DNA of 64,000 bases from a virus (taxonomy: Duplodnaviria; Caudoviricetes), in IMG/VR virus record IMGVR_UViG_2588253904_000003, positions 1 to 64,000 of that record; one strand, given 5' to 3'. The position numbers and the translations under genes were made by a program. Numbering within the stretch: the first letter of the stretch is position 1; each line of letters starts with the position of its first letter. Shown here in pieces: positions 49,626-58,400 of this stretch. The notes under the pieces were generated by a model. That model searched no databases, had not been told where the DNA came from, and saw only the letters and a program-made list of their open reading frames with translations.

Positions 49626-49875
49626 TCACCGGATCCTCTCCCTCTGTCCGGGTGAGCCGTGTTGTGAATCCTGCTGCCCTTATATCTTTTCTTATTTCCT
49701 GAAGCGTTTCCCTCTTAATGAGCGTATTTGTGGGCAGATTCCTGGCCCCTTCCCACACCCTGGCCACATAGGCATCCGGGTAGTCTTTGGGATTTTTATA
49801 CACCGTTATCACTGGAAAACTCAGATCCGAAAAATCCACCTGCCTCAGGCTCTCCATGAGCTTCTCCTGCTGCAT
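49603..49875 (-). CDS. Hypothetical protein
   Basis: P.DYP..YVAR...DPVI.ETW. Confidence 0.55.
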   Translation of the reverse strand: MQQEKLMESLRQVDFSDLSFPVITVYKNPKDYPDAYVARVWEGARNLPTNTLIKRETLQEIRKDIRAAGFTTRLTRTEGEDPVIAETWLR

Positions 49876-50218
49876 CCTCTTCCTCCTCTAAATAGTTCTT
49901 TTCAAATTCCTGCATCCATTTCTCATGCCCATACTTGGCTTCAAAAGCCCTCTGTGCAATCTGCTTCAGCTTCCGATCCACCTCTGCATTATTGTGGGGA
50001 GCCTCCGGCCCATACTCATGGTGACGCTCAGCGCACATATAACCCCACAGCCCATAATGCTCTGCTTTCTTCCTGAAGGCACCAAACCGGCCATATATAA
50101 AATGGTGCTTATGCAGGCCGGTGTGCTTCAGCTCTCCATAATATCCACGCTTTTCAGCTTCCTCCCTGCACAAATAGCACTCCCTGATCCGGGTGTCCTG
50201 AATGATACTCTTAGCCAT
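49796..50218 (-). CDS. HNH-like Zn-binding phage protein
   Basis: CYLC...HKHH...C..HH...F.KNYL. Confidence 0.6.
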   Translation of the reverse strand: MAKSIIQDTRIRECYLCREEAEKRGYYGELKHTGLHKHHFIYGRFGAFRKKAEHYGLWGYMCAERHHEYGPEAPHNNAEVDRKLKQIAQRAFEAKYGHEKWMQEFEKNYLEEEEDAAGEAHGEPEAGGFFGSEFSSDNGV

Positions 50219-50750
50219 TGAGCACCTCCCTGAGTTCCTTCACAATCTCCTCCTCCGCATAGGCCGCCTGATCTTCTGAATAAATCACCGCCATATTTGC
50301 TATGGTGATAGGAATGCCCCACTCCTTGGCCTTCAGGAGCTCTCCTTTCATTCCCTCTGAAATGTTGGTGAAGATCCTCAGCTCCCCGCAATCCTTCAGG
50401 AGCTCCAATCCAATCCTCATGCCTGCTGCCCGCTGTGATTTCACATCATCATTGAGCACCTGGGCATAGAACAAATGAGGGCAAATGGGGATCTTTCCCT
50501 CTTCAATCACTGTCATGCAAAAGAATTTTGCAAGCTCCAAATTTGTGGCCTTATCTCCCCTGCTGCCATATTGTGAGCATATATAAACCCTCTCCATGCT
50601 CTCCTCTTTTTCCAGTTCCCTGAGCTTCTCCTCTGCCTCATGGTTGCTCATGCTGTACTTGGGCCCTCTCAGCCTCAGCAGCTCCTCAGCCGCCTGCCCT
50701 GCTGCCCTCATGGTTTTCTCTGTCATTGCTTCTCTCCTTCCTACCAACAC
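50211..50750 (-). CDS. Nucleoside deoxyribosyltransferase-like (DUF4406-type) protein
   Basis: VYICS...PICPHL...LL..C...ISEGM..E...A...GIP. Confidence 0.6.
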   Translation of the reverse strand: MLVGRREAMTEKTMRAAGQAAEELLRLRGPKYSMSNHEAEEKLRELEKEESMERVYICSQYGSRGDKATNLELAKFFCMTVIEEGKIPICPHLFYAQVLNDDVKSQRAAGMRIGLELLKDCGELRIFTNISEGMKGELLKAKEWGIPITIANMAVIYSEDQAAYAEEEIVKELREVLNG

Positions 50751-51001
50751 GGCCTCACCGTGTAGGGATCCATAAAATCCAATTCATCCGGATCGGCATA
50801 TGCTATTTGCACCCGGATTCCTGCCCGCACACATTCCACAATGGAATGTACCTCTGTAATGCTCCGGTAATTGTCAGCAATGGCCTCCATCACCGCATCG
50901 GCCACCTTCTCTGCTGCCTCCGTTACCTTCTCCCGCTCTCCTTCCATATTGGCCAGTACCGCCTCCATGGTTCTCCTTCTTACTTCTCTGTATTCTTCCA
51001 A
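50741..51001 (-). CDS. Hypothetical protein
   Basis: 86 aa coupled ORF. Confidence 0.5.
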   Translation of the reverse strand: MEEYREVRRRTMEAVLANMEGEREKVTEAAEKVADAVMEAIADNYRSITEVHSIVECVRAGIRVQIAYADPDELDFMDPYTVRPCW

Positions 51002-51456
51002 CTCTCCAACTCCTTCCTGAGTTCTGATTGCATTACATTCTCATATTCGTGGTGATCGTCTTTCAGGGTGTAGGTGTGGCCCTTCCCCTTTTCAATCAGC
51101 ATTTTCCACAGCTCAGCATTCTTCACCGGCTTCCCCTTTGCATTGATCCACCCGCTCTCCTGCCATTCCTTTGGCCACTCCTGCTGCATGGAGATCAAAA
51201 TGTGGCTGCACTTGGTAAATACTAGGGCTCTGCATGGTTTTTTCAGAATGTAAAAGGCATTGATCATAGCCATAAGGTTCCCCTGGGTTTCTGTACCCTC
51301 TTTCACATGCACAAATCCCTGCCGGGTATCCAGGCGATCTCCTCTTTTGCATTCCACCAACCACATGGCCACCCCATCCCTCCTGGCCGGGCCTCTCCAT
51401 GTGCTCTCAATGAATATGCTCACCTCATGCATCCCCTGAATCACCTCCTGGATCAA
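50980..51456 (-). CDS. RNase H-like protein
   Basis: W..SGWINAKGKPVKNAELW (RNase HI basic protrusion). Confidence 0.7.
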   Translation of the reverse strand: MIQEVIQGMHEVSIFIESTWRGPARRDGVAMWLVECKRGDRLDTRQGFVHVKEGTETQGNLMAMINAFYILKKPCRALVFTKCSHILISMQQEWPKEWQESGWINAKGKPVKNAELWKMLIEKGKGHTYTLKDDHHEYENVMQSELRKELESWKNTEK

Positions 51457-52207
51457 TCTTTCGCATGGTGTAGTGCTGATATGGGAGCCCCGTCACCGGG
51501 TTTTCACCATTCACAAGAGAATCCTTCACAATGTACCAACCTTTTTCCGGCTTTGGCTCCTTCCTCCACCTCCTGCTGTGAATCACTTCCTTTTGCGGCT
51601 GAGGTATGATCAGATTCCTACTCCTGGAATATGAGCAGCCCTCCTCCTCTTCCTTGCTTTCTTTTTTCACTATGTACTCAGCAAGATCCTCAAACTCCCC
51701 ATCCTCATACAGCGGGTGGAAACTCTTGGATCCATATTGCCAAAACTTCAGCACCAGTTTTTTGGTGTTCAAATTCTGATCCGCTATATCCTCAATGATC
51801 AGGTGGTGGTGACATGCTCCTTGCTTCCCTCTCTCCGTGACAGCTATCCACTTGAAGGGGATCCCCGCCTTCTTGTATACCTTCCTCATATCAGACAAGA
51901 ATTTTCTCAGTTGCTTCTTTGCCTCCTTAAAGGAGCCCGGCCTCTGCTCTTTCTTATAGCTCAGAATTAAATGCCAATCACCCTCATGGAAATTGGCCAG
52001 GATCAACCTCTGCACCTTTTTCTCTCTGTTCGTCTTATTCTGCCGATCTATGTCCTCAGGTGTCCTCTTTCTTTTTGGCCCCCTCTTCACTCCTGGGGCC
52101 CCATAATTACCCGGATAGTATTTTGCAATCTGCTTCACCCATCCCAGGTCATATATTTTTTTCCAGTACAAACCGTATATCACCCCCATCTTTAATATCT
52201 TGATCAA
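51425..52207 (-). CDS. HUH rolling-circle Rep-like initiator
   Basis: HLILSY (motif I), E.G...HHHLII (HUH), LAEYIVKE-like motif III, SRNL. Confidence 0.7.
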   Translation of the reverse strand: MIKILKMGVIYGLYWKKIYDLGWVKQIAKYYPGNYGAPGVKRGPKRKRTPEDIDRQNKTNREKKVQRLILANFHEGDWHLILSYKKEQRPGSFKEAKKQLRKFLSDMRKVYKKAGIPFKWIAVTERGKQGACHHHLIIEDIADQNLNTKKLVLKFWQYGSKSFHPLYEDGEFEDLAEYIVKKESKEEEEGCSYSRSRNLIIPQPQKEVIHSRRWRKEPKPEKGWYIVKDSLVNGENPVTGLPYQHYTMRKIDPGGDSGDA

Positions 52208-52251
52208 GTGTTTAACAAGGCCGAAAAGCCTTGATTTTAGCGCCTTTTCAC

Positions 52252-52350
52252 TTGACTTGGATGCCCAAAAGTGATATACTGTTTTTAGGTGTAGTATGTC
52301 CTTAGGGCATATGTCGGGAGCAGATTTCTCAGATCTGCTCCCATTTTTTT
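52252..52350 (+). ncRNA. Predicted short antisense RNA in the rep leader
   Basis: TTGACT-N17-TATACT with extended -10 TG; terminator GGGAGCAGAT-TTCTCAG-ATCTGCTCCC-ATTTTTTT. Confidence 0.6.
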
Positions 52351-52516
52351 ATGTAAACCATTTACATCACCGCCACCTTCCTGGCAGGCATGGCCGGATC
52401 CGGATGGTTCTCCTTCTCCTGGCTCTCCACCCTTTTCCGGGCCACCTGGATGCAGGCTTTGGTGAAGCGTTCCTCATACCCTTCTGAGAGGGTGATCTTC
52501 ACCTTTACCTCCCGCC

Positions 52517-52681
52517 TCATGCCATGGCCACCTCCTTCTCTGCTTCTTTTGCAAGCTGAATACCAATGATAATGCTTTTAACATGTTGCCTCTCATTGGG
52601 TGACAGCATTCCATAAAGCTCTGCAAATTCCTTTGCATCGTCCATCTCGGTTCTCTGAATCGGTTTCTCTTTCACTTTCAT
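52517..52681 (-). CDS. 54 aa hypothetical protein not in the ORF track
   Basis: GGAGG RBS, MKVKEKPIQRTEMDDAKEFAELY... Confidence 0.5.
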   Translation of the reverse strand: MKVKEKPIQRTEMDDAKEFAELYGMLSPNERQHVKSIIIGIQLAKEAEKEVAMA

Positions 52682-52693
52682 GCCTTTTCCCTC

Positions 52694-53218
52694 CTATCTG
52701 CTCTCTAATAATGGTGTAAAGCTCTTTTCCTGAAGGCCTGCCATCATGGCCCACATTCTCTCTAATCGCTCCATTTCTTCCAGTGTTGGAAGCTCAGCCT
52801 CCTCTCCTGAATCCCCAAAAAGCCGGTGCTTTTGTATGAATGCCTCAAAGAGGAGCTCCTGCTCTTCCTTCAGCAAATCCCGGTAAAACTCAAATTCGAT
52901 CCGGATCTGTATCTCCTGGGCTTTTGTGCATTCCACAATGAGAATACTCCTGGAGCCCTGCCCATGCCTCCGGTGGTACTGCCCTTCTTTGTCATTCCTG
53001 GCCCGGTATACAATTTGAGAGAGCAACCGCCGCTCAAACTCTCCCCGGTATTTGATTTCATACCGGCTCACCCGATCCTCTTCAAGCTCCAACTGATCCA
53101 CCCCATACTTTGCCATGAGTTGCTTCAGTTTCCTCTCTGCTCCTTCCCTCTCTCCTCCCACACCACGCTCTGCAAGGGCCTTCAGCTTTTGCAGGAGAGC
53201 CTTTTGCTTCTCATTCAA
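52694..53218 (-). CDS. DUF2786-like protein
   Basis: KLKALAERG..GE...A...L..LM.KYG. Confidence 0.65.
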   Translation of the reverse strand: MNEKQKALLQKLKALAERGVGGEREGAERKLKQLMAKYGVDQLELEEDRVSRYEIKYRGEFERRLLSQIVYRARNDKEGQYHRRHGQGSRSILIVECTKAQEIQIRIEFEFYRDLLKEEQELLFEAFIQKHRLFGDSGEEAELPTLEEMERLERMWAMMAGLQEKSFTPLLESR

Positions 53219-53741
53219 TCTCTTTCCCTCCTGCTGCCCCTATTGCTTCAAATTCCTCCTGCATTCCTGCGATCAAGCTATCATCTAATGAATTGAGAAG
53301 GGCCACGGCCTCTCCATGCCTTCCTTCAGTGATAAGCTGCACCGCCTTCTCTTCTACCTCTGCCCGGTGATCCATTTCTGCCTGCATACGTTTGATCAGG
53401 CCTATTTTTATATCAATTTTCCCCGTTGCTTCATAAAATGGGAGCCTATTTCCACATACCGGGCACCCTGCACCCGGCTCCACTTTGTAGAGCACCCACT
53501 GATCTCCCTGGGGCGCTTCCTCCTGCCCTTCTTTAGTGCATATTGCCATCACATAATCTCCATTAAAGCTGCCGTTGTGAGAGTATCTGAGAAAATTTCC
53601 TACCTCTGCCAGGCTCAGCTTCCCCTCCTCTTTTTCCAATACCAATATACTGTTATCATGTGCATCCCGATCCCATACCGCCTCAATTTTCTCTGCTATT
53701 ACTTCATTCTTTTTCATCCCCTTATGCCTCCTCAATCTCAA
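53211..53741 (-). CDS. Hypothetical protein
   Basis: Coupled ORF with CPVCG. Confidence 0.5.
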   Translation of the reverse strand: MRLRRHKGMKKNEVIAEKIEAVWDRDAHDNSILVLEKEEGKLSLAEVGNFLRYSHNGSFNGDYVMAICTKEGQEEAPQGDQWVLYKVEPGAGCPVCGNRLPFYEATGKIDIKIGLIKRMQAEMDHRAEVEEKAVQLITEGRHGEAVALLNSLDDSLIAGMQEEFEAIGAAGGKEIE

Positions 53742-54117
53742 TTCTAATTACTCTGTCTGTATATCTGCCCCTTCTCTGCCCTGGCCCGATCCGAAACTCT
53801 AACCCCATATCATTCAGAATGGTTATGGCTCTTCTTTCCTCTTCCTCTGAATATGGATTGAAAAACTTAGATTCCTTCCCGGATACTTCCGGGTATCCTA
53901 AAAGAATATTCAGGGTTTTCCCGTTGTCCTTTGTGTGCTCAAATCCTGCTTTTCTCAGGGCCTCCCTGATTTCATCAACCCTGATCTTCCTGGCCGCCGC
54001 TCTCACCGTTTTCATAAAACTTTTTTCCACTTCCTGGAGCTTGCTTTCATCCACCTTCCTGATTGCGTTCAGGAGCTCCTCAATTTGTTCACTTCTCCTC
54101 ATGGCTCTCCTCCTCAA
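53722..54117 (-). CDS. Hypothetical protein
   Basis: Coupled ORF. Confidence 0.5.
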   Translation of the reverse strand: MRRRAMRRSEQIEELLNAIRKVDESKLQEVEKSFMKTVRAAARKIRVDEIREALRKAGFEHTKDNGKTLNILLGYPEVSGKESKFFNPYSEEEERRAITILNDMGLEFRIGPGQRRGRYTDRVIRIEIEEA

Positions 54118-54686
54118 TCCATTGCCTTTTCAAGAATTTGCTTCAGCTCTTCTCGGTGTGTAAAAAGCATTTTCTTACTTGTTTCTTTGTCGATCTCCCC
54201 ATTCGTATAGGTTGTAATGCTATTGAGCAGCTCTTCCATGGCCTCAAATTCCTTTTTGTATGCCTTATCAAATGCCGCCTCTAATTCTGCATTTTCCGGC
54301 TCAGCCTGGTATGCTTCATCCGCTTTATTGGCGGCGGCCTCCAACTCCTCAAATTTTTCCAGTTTCTTCAGCAATCCCTTCCCGCTTTTCTTCTCCCGTT
54401 CAAATCTGAAAAGAAAATCCTCTCCATCGTTGGTACAGCATCCGAAATAGTCATCTGTGCGGGTGAAATGGTACTCCACCCCATAAAACTGCTTTACCGC
54501 CAATTTGAAGATCTCAAATTGTGCAAATAACCGATCAATGTCTTTTCTCAGCCTCTTGTATTTCTCCGGCTCCTGCCACTGGCTTGTATGGCTCTTTTCT
54601 TCAAGGTAAAAATCTAATGCCTTTACCGTTTCAACCATCTGCCCGCCAAACTCCGTTTTTTCAAATCTTGCTTTCACTAATTTCAT
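54114..54686 (-). CDS. First early gene, hypothetical
   Basis: GGAGG RBS; divergent from the repressor. Confidence 0.6.
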   Translation of the reverse strand: MKLVKARFEKTEFGGQMVETVKALDFYLEEKSHTSQWQEPEKYKRLRKDIDRLFAQFEIFKLAVKQFYGVEYHFTRTDDYFGCCTNDGEDFLFRFEREKKSGKGLLKKLEKFEELEAAANKADEAYQAEPENAELEAAFDKAYKKEFEAMEELLNSITTYTNGEIDKETSKKMLFTHREELKQILEKAMD

Positions 54687-54777
54687 GGCTTATCCCTCCA
54701 TAATTATTTCATTGTGTTTATAGAATACCACAATGTGTTTAAAAGATCAATAGCTTTTCCTTGAAAATTATTGCAAT

Positions 54778-55287
54778 GTGTTATTTTTCGTGTTATATTA
54801 TCCTCAGGAGGTGATTTTTTTGGATATTGGGGATAGAATTAAGCTCCTCAGAAAAAGGCTAAATATGAATCAGGCTGACTTTGCAACCCCTCTCGGCCTC
54901 AGACAGTCCACCATCGGAAATTATGAGAGCGGATCTAGGGGGATAAGTGATGCAACCATATTGGCCATATGCAGAGAATATGGCGCTAGTGAGGAATGGC
55001 TTCGCACCGGCTCCGGTGAAATGTTTGCCACTGTTCCGGCCACCGTAGTTTCTGAATTGGCCAGGGAGCACGATCTTGACGATATGGATCAGGCCATTAT
55101 TGCTGAGTATTTGAAATTAGATAAGGGGAGCCGGGCTGTATTGAAAGATTACATAAAAAGAGTGTACCTTGCTTCAGATCCGGATGCTGCCATTGATAGA
55201 GAAGTGGCTGCATACCGCAAAGAATTGGAAGCTGAAAAAGGGGAAAAATCATCAGCCTTAGACACTATAAGAGAAAAAGAGGCTTAG
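54778..55287 (+). CDS. XRE-family (CI-like) repressor
   Basis: RIKLLRK.LNMNQADFA..LG...STI..YESG...WLRTGSGEMF. Confidence 0.88.
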   Translation: MLFFVLYYPQEVIFLDIGDRIKLLRKRLNMNQADFATPLGLRQSTIGNYESGSRGISDATILAICREYGASEEWLRTGSGEMFATVPATVVSELAREHDLDDMDQAIIAEYLKLDKGSRAVLKDYIKRVYLASDPDAAIDREVAAYRKELEAEKGEKSSALDTIREKEA

Positions 55288-55305
55288 AATAGGGGGGATT
55301 GCTTA

Positions 55306-55884
55306 TTGAACGATAAAGCATATTTTATTATTACCCTTCTTTTCGGATGGTGTGGCGCTCACAAATTTATCCAAAAGAAGTACGGTATGGGCCTTCTGTA
55401 TCTTGTTACTTTCGGATTGTTCGGACTTGGATGGGCCGCTGACTGCTTCCGGGCCCTGCTGCCGGTGCTCCGTCATAAAAATGGTGCTCCTGCTGCCAGT
55501 GCTCAGCATGATAACATTGTGGATCAGCTCTGCCTCTCCCTGGATCCTGAATTTGTTTCCTTCGTTCTGCCCATGATTAAGGCAGGGCTTTCATGGAATA
55601 GAATTGAGCAGGCTTACCGCTCTTCTTTTCCTGATTCAGAATGTGAGGATCTTGCCCTCAGAATCCAGTATGTTGAAAGTTATTACTCAAATTCTACTGA
55701 GATCGCAAGCCTGAAGGAATGCGGGGCCTCAAAGTATCGGATCATTTCAATGCCCGATCATGAATTATGTGATATTTGTAAGAGATTCAAAGGCCGTACT
55801 TTTCCGGTATCCTCTGCAAGGATCGGCTACAACTGCCCGCCCTTCCACCTTGGATGCCGGTGTACCACCGTTATAGAAGAATAA
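55306..55884 (+). CDS. TM2-domain membrane protein fused to a MuF-like Cys/His domain
   Basis: FGWCGAHKF...GLLYL.TFGLFG.GW (TM2) plus C..C...CPPFHLGCRCT. Confidence 0.7.
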   Translation: MNDKAYFIITLLFGWCGAHKFIQKKYGMGLLYLVTFGLFGLGWAADCFRALLPVLRHKNGAPAASAQHDNIVDQLCLSLDPEFVSFVLPMIKAGLSWNRIEQAYRSSFPDSECEDLALRIQYVESYYSNSTEIASLKECGASKYRIISMPDHELCDICKRFKGRTFPVSSARIGYNCPPFHLGCRCTTVIEE

Positions 55885-55973
55885 TAAAAGCCCCGGTTTT
55901 CACCAGGGCCCCATGAGGTAATGCTCATGTATTCCGCAAAATATATTGTAGCATTATCTCCGGGAGCTTTCAA
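55885..55973 (-). ncRNA. Predicted short antisense RNA in the integrase leader
   Basis: Minus-strand TTGAAA (55973-55968)-N17-TACAAT (55950-55945); hairpin GCCCTGGT-GAAA-ACCGGGGC-TTTT. Confidence 0.5.
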
Positions 55974-56017
55974 TCAGATTCCGGGCATTTTTATGCCCTT
56001 TTTTAGGAGATAATAGC

Positions 56018-57598
56018 ATGAATTTTGGAATATATTGCAGAAAATCATATTTTGTTGATACTTCAGAGAGCACACAGATGCAGCTCTCCATGTGTAAAAA
56101 TCATATAGAGCAGCGCTTTCCTGAGGTTGATTCCCTCGCATTCTATGAAGATGATGGTTATGTGCGCTCAGATATGGATCGGCCCGGCATGAACCAACTG
56201 AAGGAAGATATTGCAGCAGGCCTCATTGATTGTGTGGTTATTTACAAAATAGATCGGGTGTGCTCCGATATGATGGACTTTTGCACCTTCTACTCTTACC
56301 TGAAGGAGCATGAGATCAAATTTATCACTGTTCAGGATGGCATTGATACCACCACACCCCTGGGAGAGGCCATGATGTACTTGGCTGTAATCTTTTCCGG
56401 CCTGGAAGTTCGCACAGATTCCCTCAGGATCACCGATAATATGAACCACCTGGCGGCAAGTGGCTTTTGGTGTGGGGGCCGGGCTCCCGTTGGCTATGAT
56501 ATTGCCACTATTGACCTGGGGGCAAAATCCCACAAAACGCTCACATTCAATCAGGAAGAGATCGACTATAAAAACAATCTTATTGACATATTCTTAGAGA
56601 ACGGCTTCAGCCTTCAGAGCATGGAAACATATTGCAAAAACAACCGGATCACCTCTTTAAAAGGCAGCTTCCTCTCTACAACTCAGTTATACAACCTTTT
56701 CACCTCTCCTCATTGTGTTCAGGATACTCCGGCCATGTATGACTATTTTGAAGCTAAAGGCTGCATGATTGATGAAAATTCCCCCCGTGAGAAGTGGGAT
56801 GGCCAACATGGGATCATTGTATATGGCCGCACCATGGAAAAGCGGGTGAACGGCAAAAAGCGCCACTCCCTGGCACCGCCTGAGAAGTGGCGGGTGAGTA
56901 TCGGCTTTCATAAGCCATATATGACGGATCAGCGCTTCTTTTCCATTATGGCCCAATTCGGGCATAATACTTTTTCAAAGGTTGCAAAGTATGATCTGCC
57001 GCTCCTGAAGGGTGTGCTCCGGTGCAAGTGTGGCCGCACCATGAGCATGAGCCGCAAGCAAAAAGTGGATGGCTCTGTTTCCACCTGGTACTATTGCCCC
57101 AAACGCATGAGGGCCGGTGCTGAGGCTTGCGACATGCGGCAAATTAAGGCCGATCTACTGGATGGGAAGGTGTTGGACGTGTTCAAAGAAATACAGCACA
57201 ACCCGGCCACCGTCAAAAAATACCTGAAGGACGGGAAAAAGCCTGCAAGGGATTCCTCTGCCTCTGTCCGGGCCCAAATGGAAACATGCCAGGAAAAGAT
57301 CGGGAAGCTCACCGCCGCCCTGGCCGTGAATAATGAATCTGCTGCTGCAAAGTATATTATAGGGGAGATTGAAAAACTTGATATAGAATATAATACCCTC
57401 AAAAGCAAGCTGCTGAATTTTGCCGCTGAGGAAAGACGGGCCGCCGCCCAAATGAAGAGCGCTATGGAGAAAAGAGAGGCCATCATTCGGCTTTTGGATA
57501 ATTTTGATAGTTTCACAGCAAATGAGAGGAATGAGATCGCCAAAAATGTGCTGAAGGAATGCACCTGGGATGGGGAAACGCTTTTTATTGTGCTTTAG
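56018..57598 (+). CDS. Large serine recombinase (integrase)
   Basis: YCRKS catalytic Ser, DRPG, KIDR, G.W.GG.AP.GY, LKG.LRC.CG Zn ribbon, coiled coil. Confidence 0.95.
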   Translation: MNFGIYCRKSYFVDTSESTQMQLSMCKNHIEQRFPEVDSLAFYEDDGYVRSDMDRPGMNQLKEDIAAGLIDCVVIYKIDRVCSDMMDFCTFYSYLKEHEIKFITVQDGIDTTTPLGEAMMYLAVIFSGLEVRTDSLRITDNMNHLAASGFWCGGRAPVGYDIATIDLGAKSHKTLTFNQEEIDYKNNLIDIFLENGFSLQSMETYCKNNRITSLKGSFLSTTQLYNLFTSPHCVQDTPAMYDYFEAKGCMIDENSPREKWDGQHGIIVYGRTMEKRVNGKKRHSLAPPEKWRVSIGFHKPYMTDQRFFSIMAQFGHNTFSKVAKYDLPLLKGVLRCKCGRTMSMSRKQKVDGSVSTWYYCPKRMRAGAEACDMRQIKADLLDGKVLDVFKEIQHNPATVKKYLKDGKKPARDSSASVRAQMETCQEKIGKLTAALAVNNESAAAKYIIGEIEKLDIEYNTLKSKLLNFAAEERRAAAQMKSAMEKREAIIRLLDNFDSFTANERNEIAKNVLKECTWDGETLFIVL

Positions 57599-57607
57599 TT
57601 TTCCCTG

Positions 57608-57636
57608 AATTATTTTGATACCCTCAGCGATCTTCC
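57608..57636. other. Right attachment site
   Basis: ATTTTGATACCC-TCA-GCGATC; the rebuilt attP has arms TTATTTTGA / TCAGAATGA (imperfect inverted repeat). Confidence 0.75.
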
Positions 57637-58078
57637 GAAAGGAACCGTTATTTTTAATGAAGCACAGACAAAAGAAATCTTCCAAAATAAAGCGGATACT
57701 ATGGGCAGCGTTTCTGCAAGCGGCTCTACAGGACAAAGCATTCCCGGAAAACCCACTCTTCCTCCGCCTCAGCGCCCTGCCTTTTTGGTGCAGCAGGAAT
57801 TGCAGGAAGAATGCCTTGCAAAAACAGGCAACATTACGGATAAAATTTTATCTCCCCTAAATATGCTTTCCCGCAATTGGAAAGACATGGCCGGCCTGAC
57901 AGGAAACATAAATCATATCAATCACAATGGACAAAACCAGTCTGTCAATGTAGGCGGCATCAATATCACCTGTCCCGGCGTTACCAGTCAGGAAGTGGCC
58001 AGACAGTTAGGGACAGAATTAAATCATATTTTCAGCGGATTCCATAACTATGCAGACCAGCAAAGCAGAGTCAGATAA
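57627..58078 (+). CDS. Tape-measure protein C-terminal portion, separated by the prophage
   Basis: Reads (S)DLPKGTVIFNEAQTKEI in frame with the 57701-58078 ORF; continues QPTI from 16500. Confidence 0.85.
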
Positions 58079-58110
58079 ATCACAAATCATTTATAAGAAA
58101 GGCTGTAAAA

Positions 58111-58368
58111 ATGGATTTTAAAACAGAACTTTTAAACGCAATCCAGATCATGGTAAACAGGAAACTTGACGACTACAAAGCAGACCGCACCTACAAATCT
58201 GTAGTAAAAAGCATTACCCAAAAAGGATACATAGTATTGGATGAAGCAGGCAGTGAACGTATTGTTCCCTGCTGCATTCCCAATCTAACGCTCAAGGCCG
58301 GACAAAACGTCTGGCTTAAAGAGCCTATGGGAGATCTGAAAGGTCTGCATATTTGCGGCATTTTATAA
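58111..58368 (+). CDS. Small tail-associated protein
   Basis: 85 aa, first gene after the TMP. Confidence 0.55.
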   Translation: MDFKTELLNAIQIMVNRKLDDYKADRTYKSVVKSITQKGYIVLDEAGSERIVPCCIPNLTLKAGQNVWLKEPMGDLKGLHICGIL

Positions 58369-58400
58369 CAAAAATTTACTGAAAAAGGAGGTGAGCAAAC

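Larger units (their letters stand above)
16502..57626. mobile_element. Temperate siphovirus-type prophage, about 41.1 kb, integrated in the TMP gene
   Basis: Full module set from lysis to serine integrase; strand and composition switch at both ends; TCA core at 16499-16501 and 57624-57626 restores the TMP frame. Confidence 0.93.
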
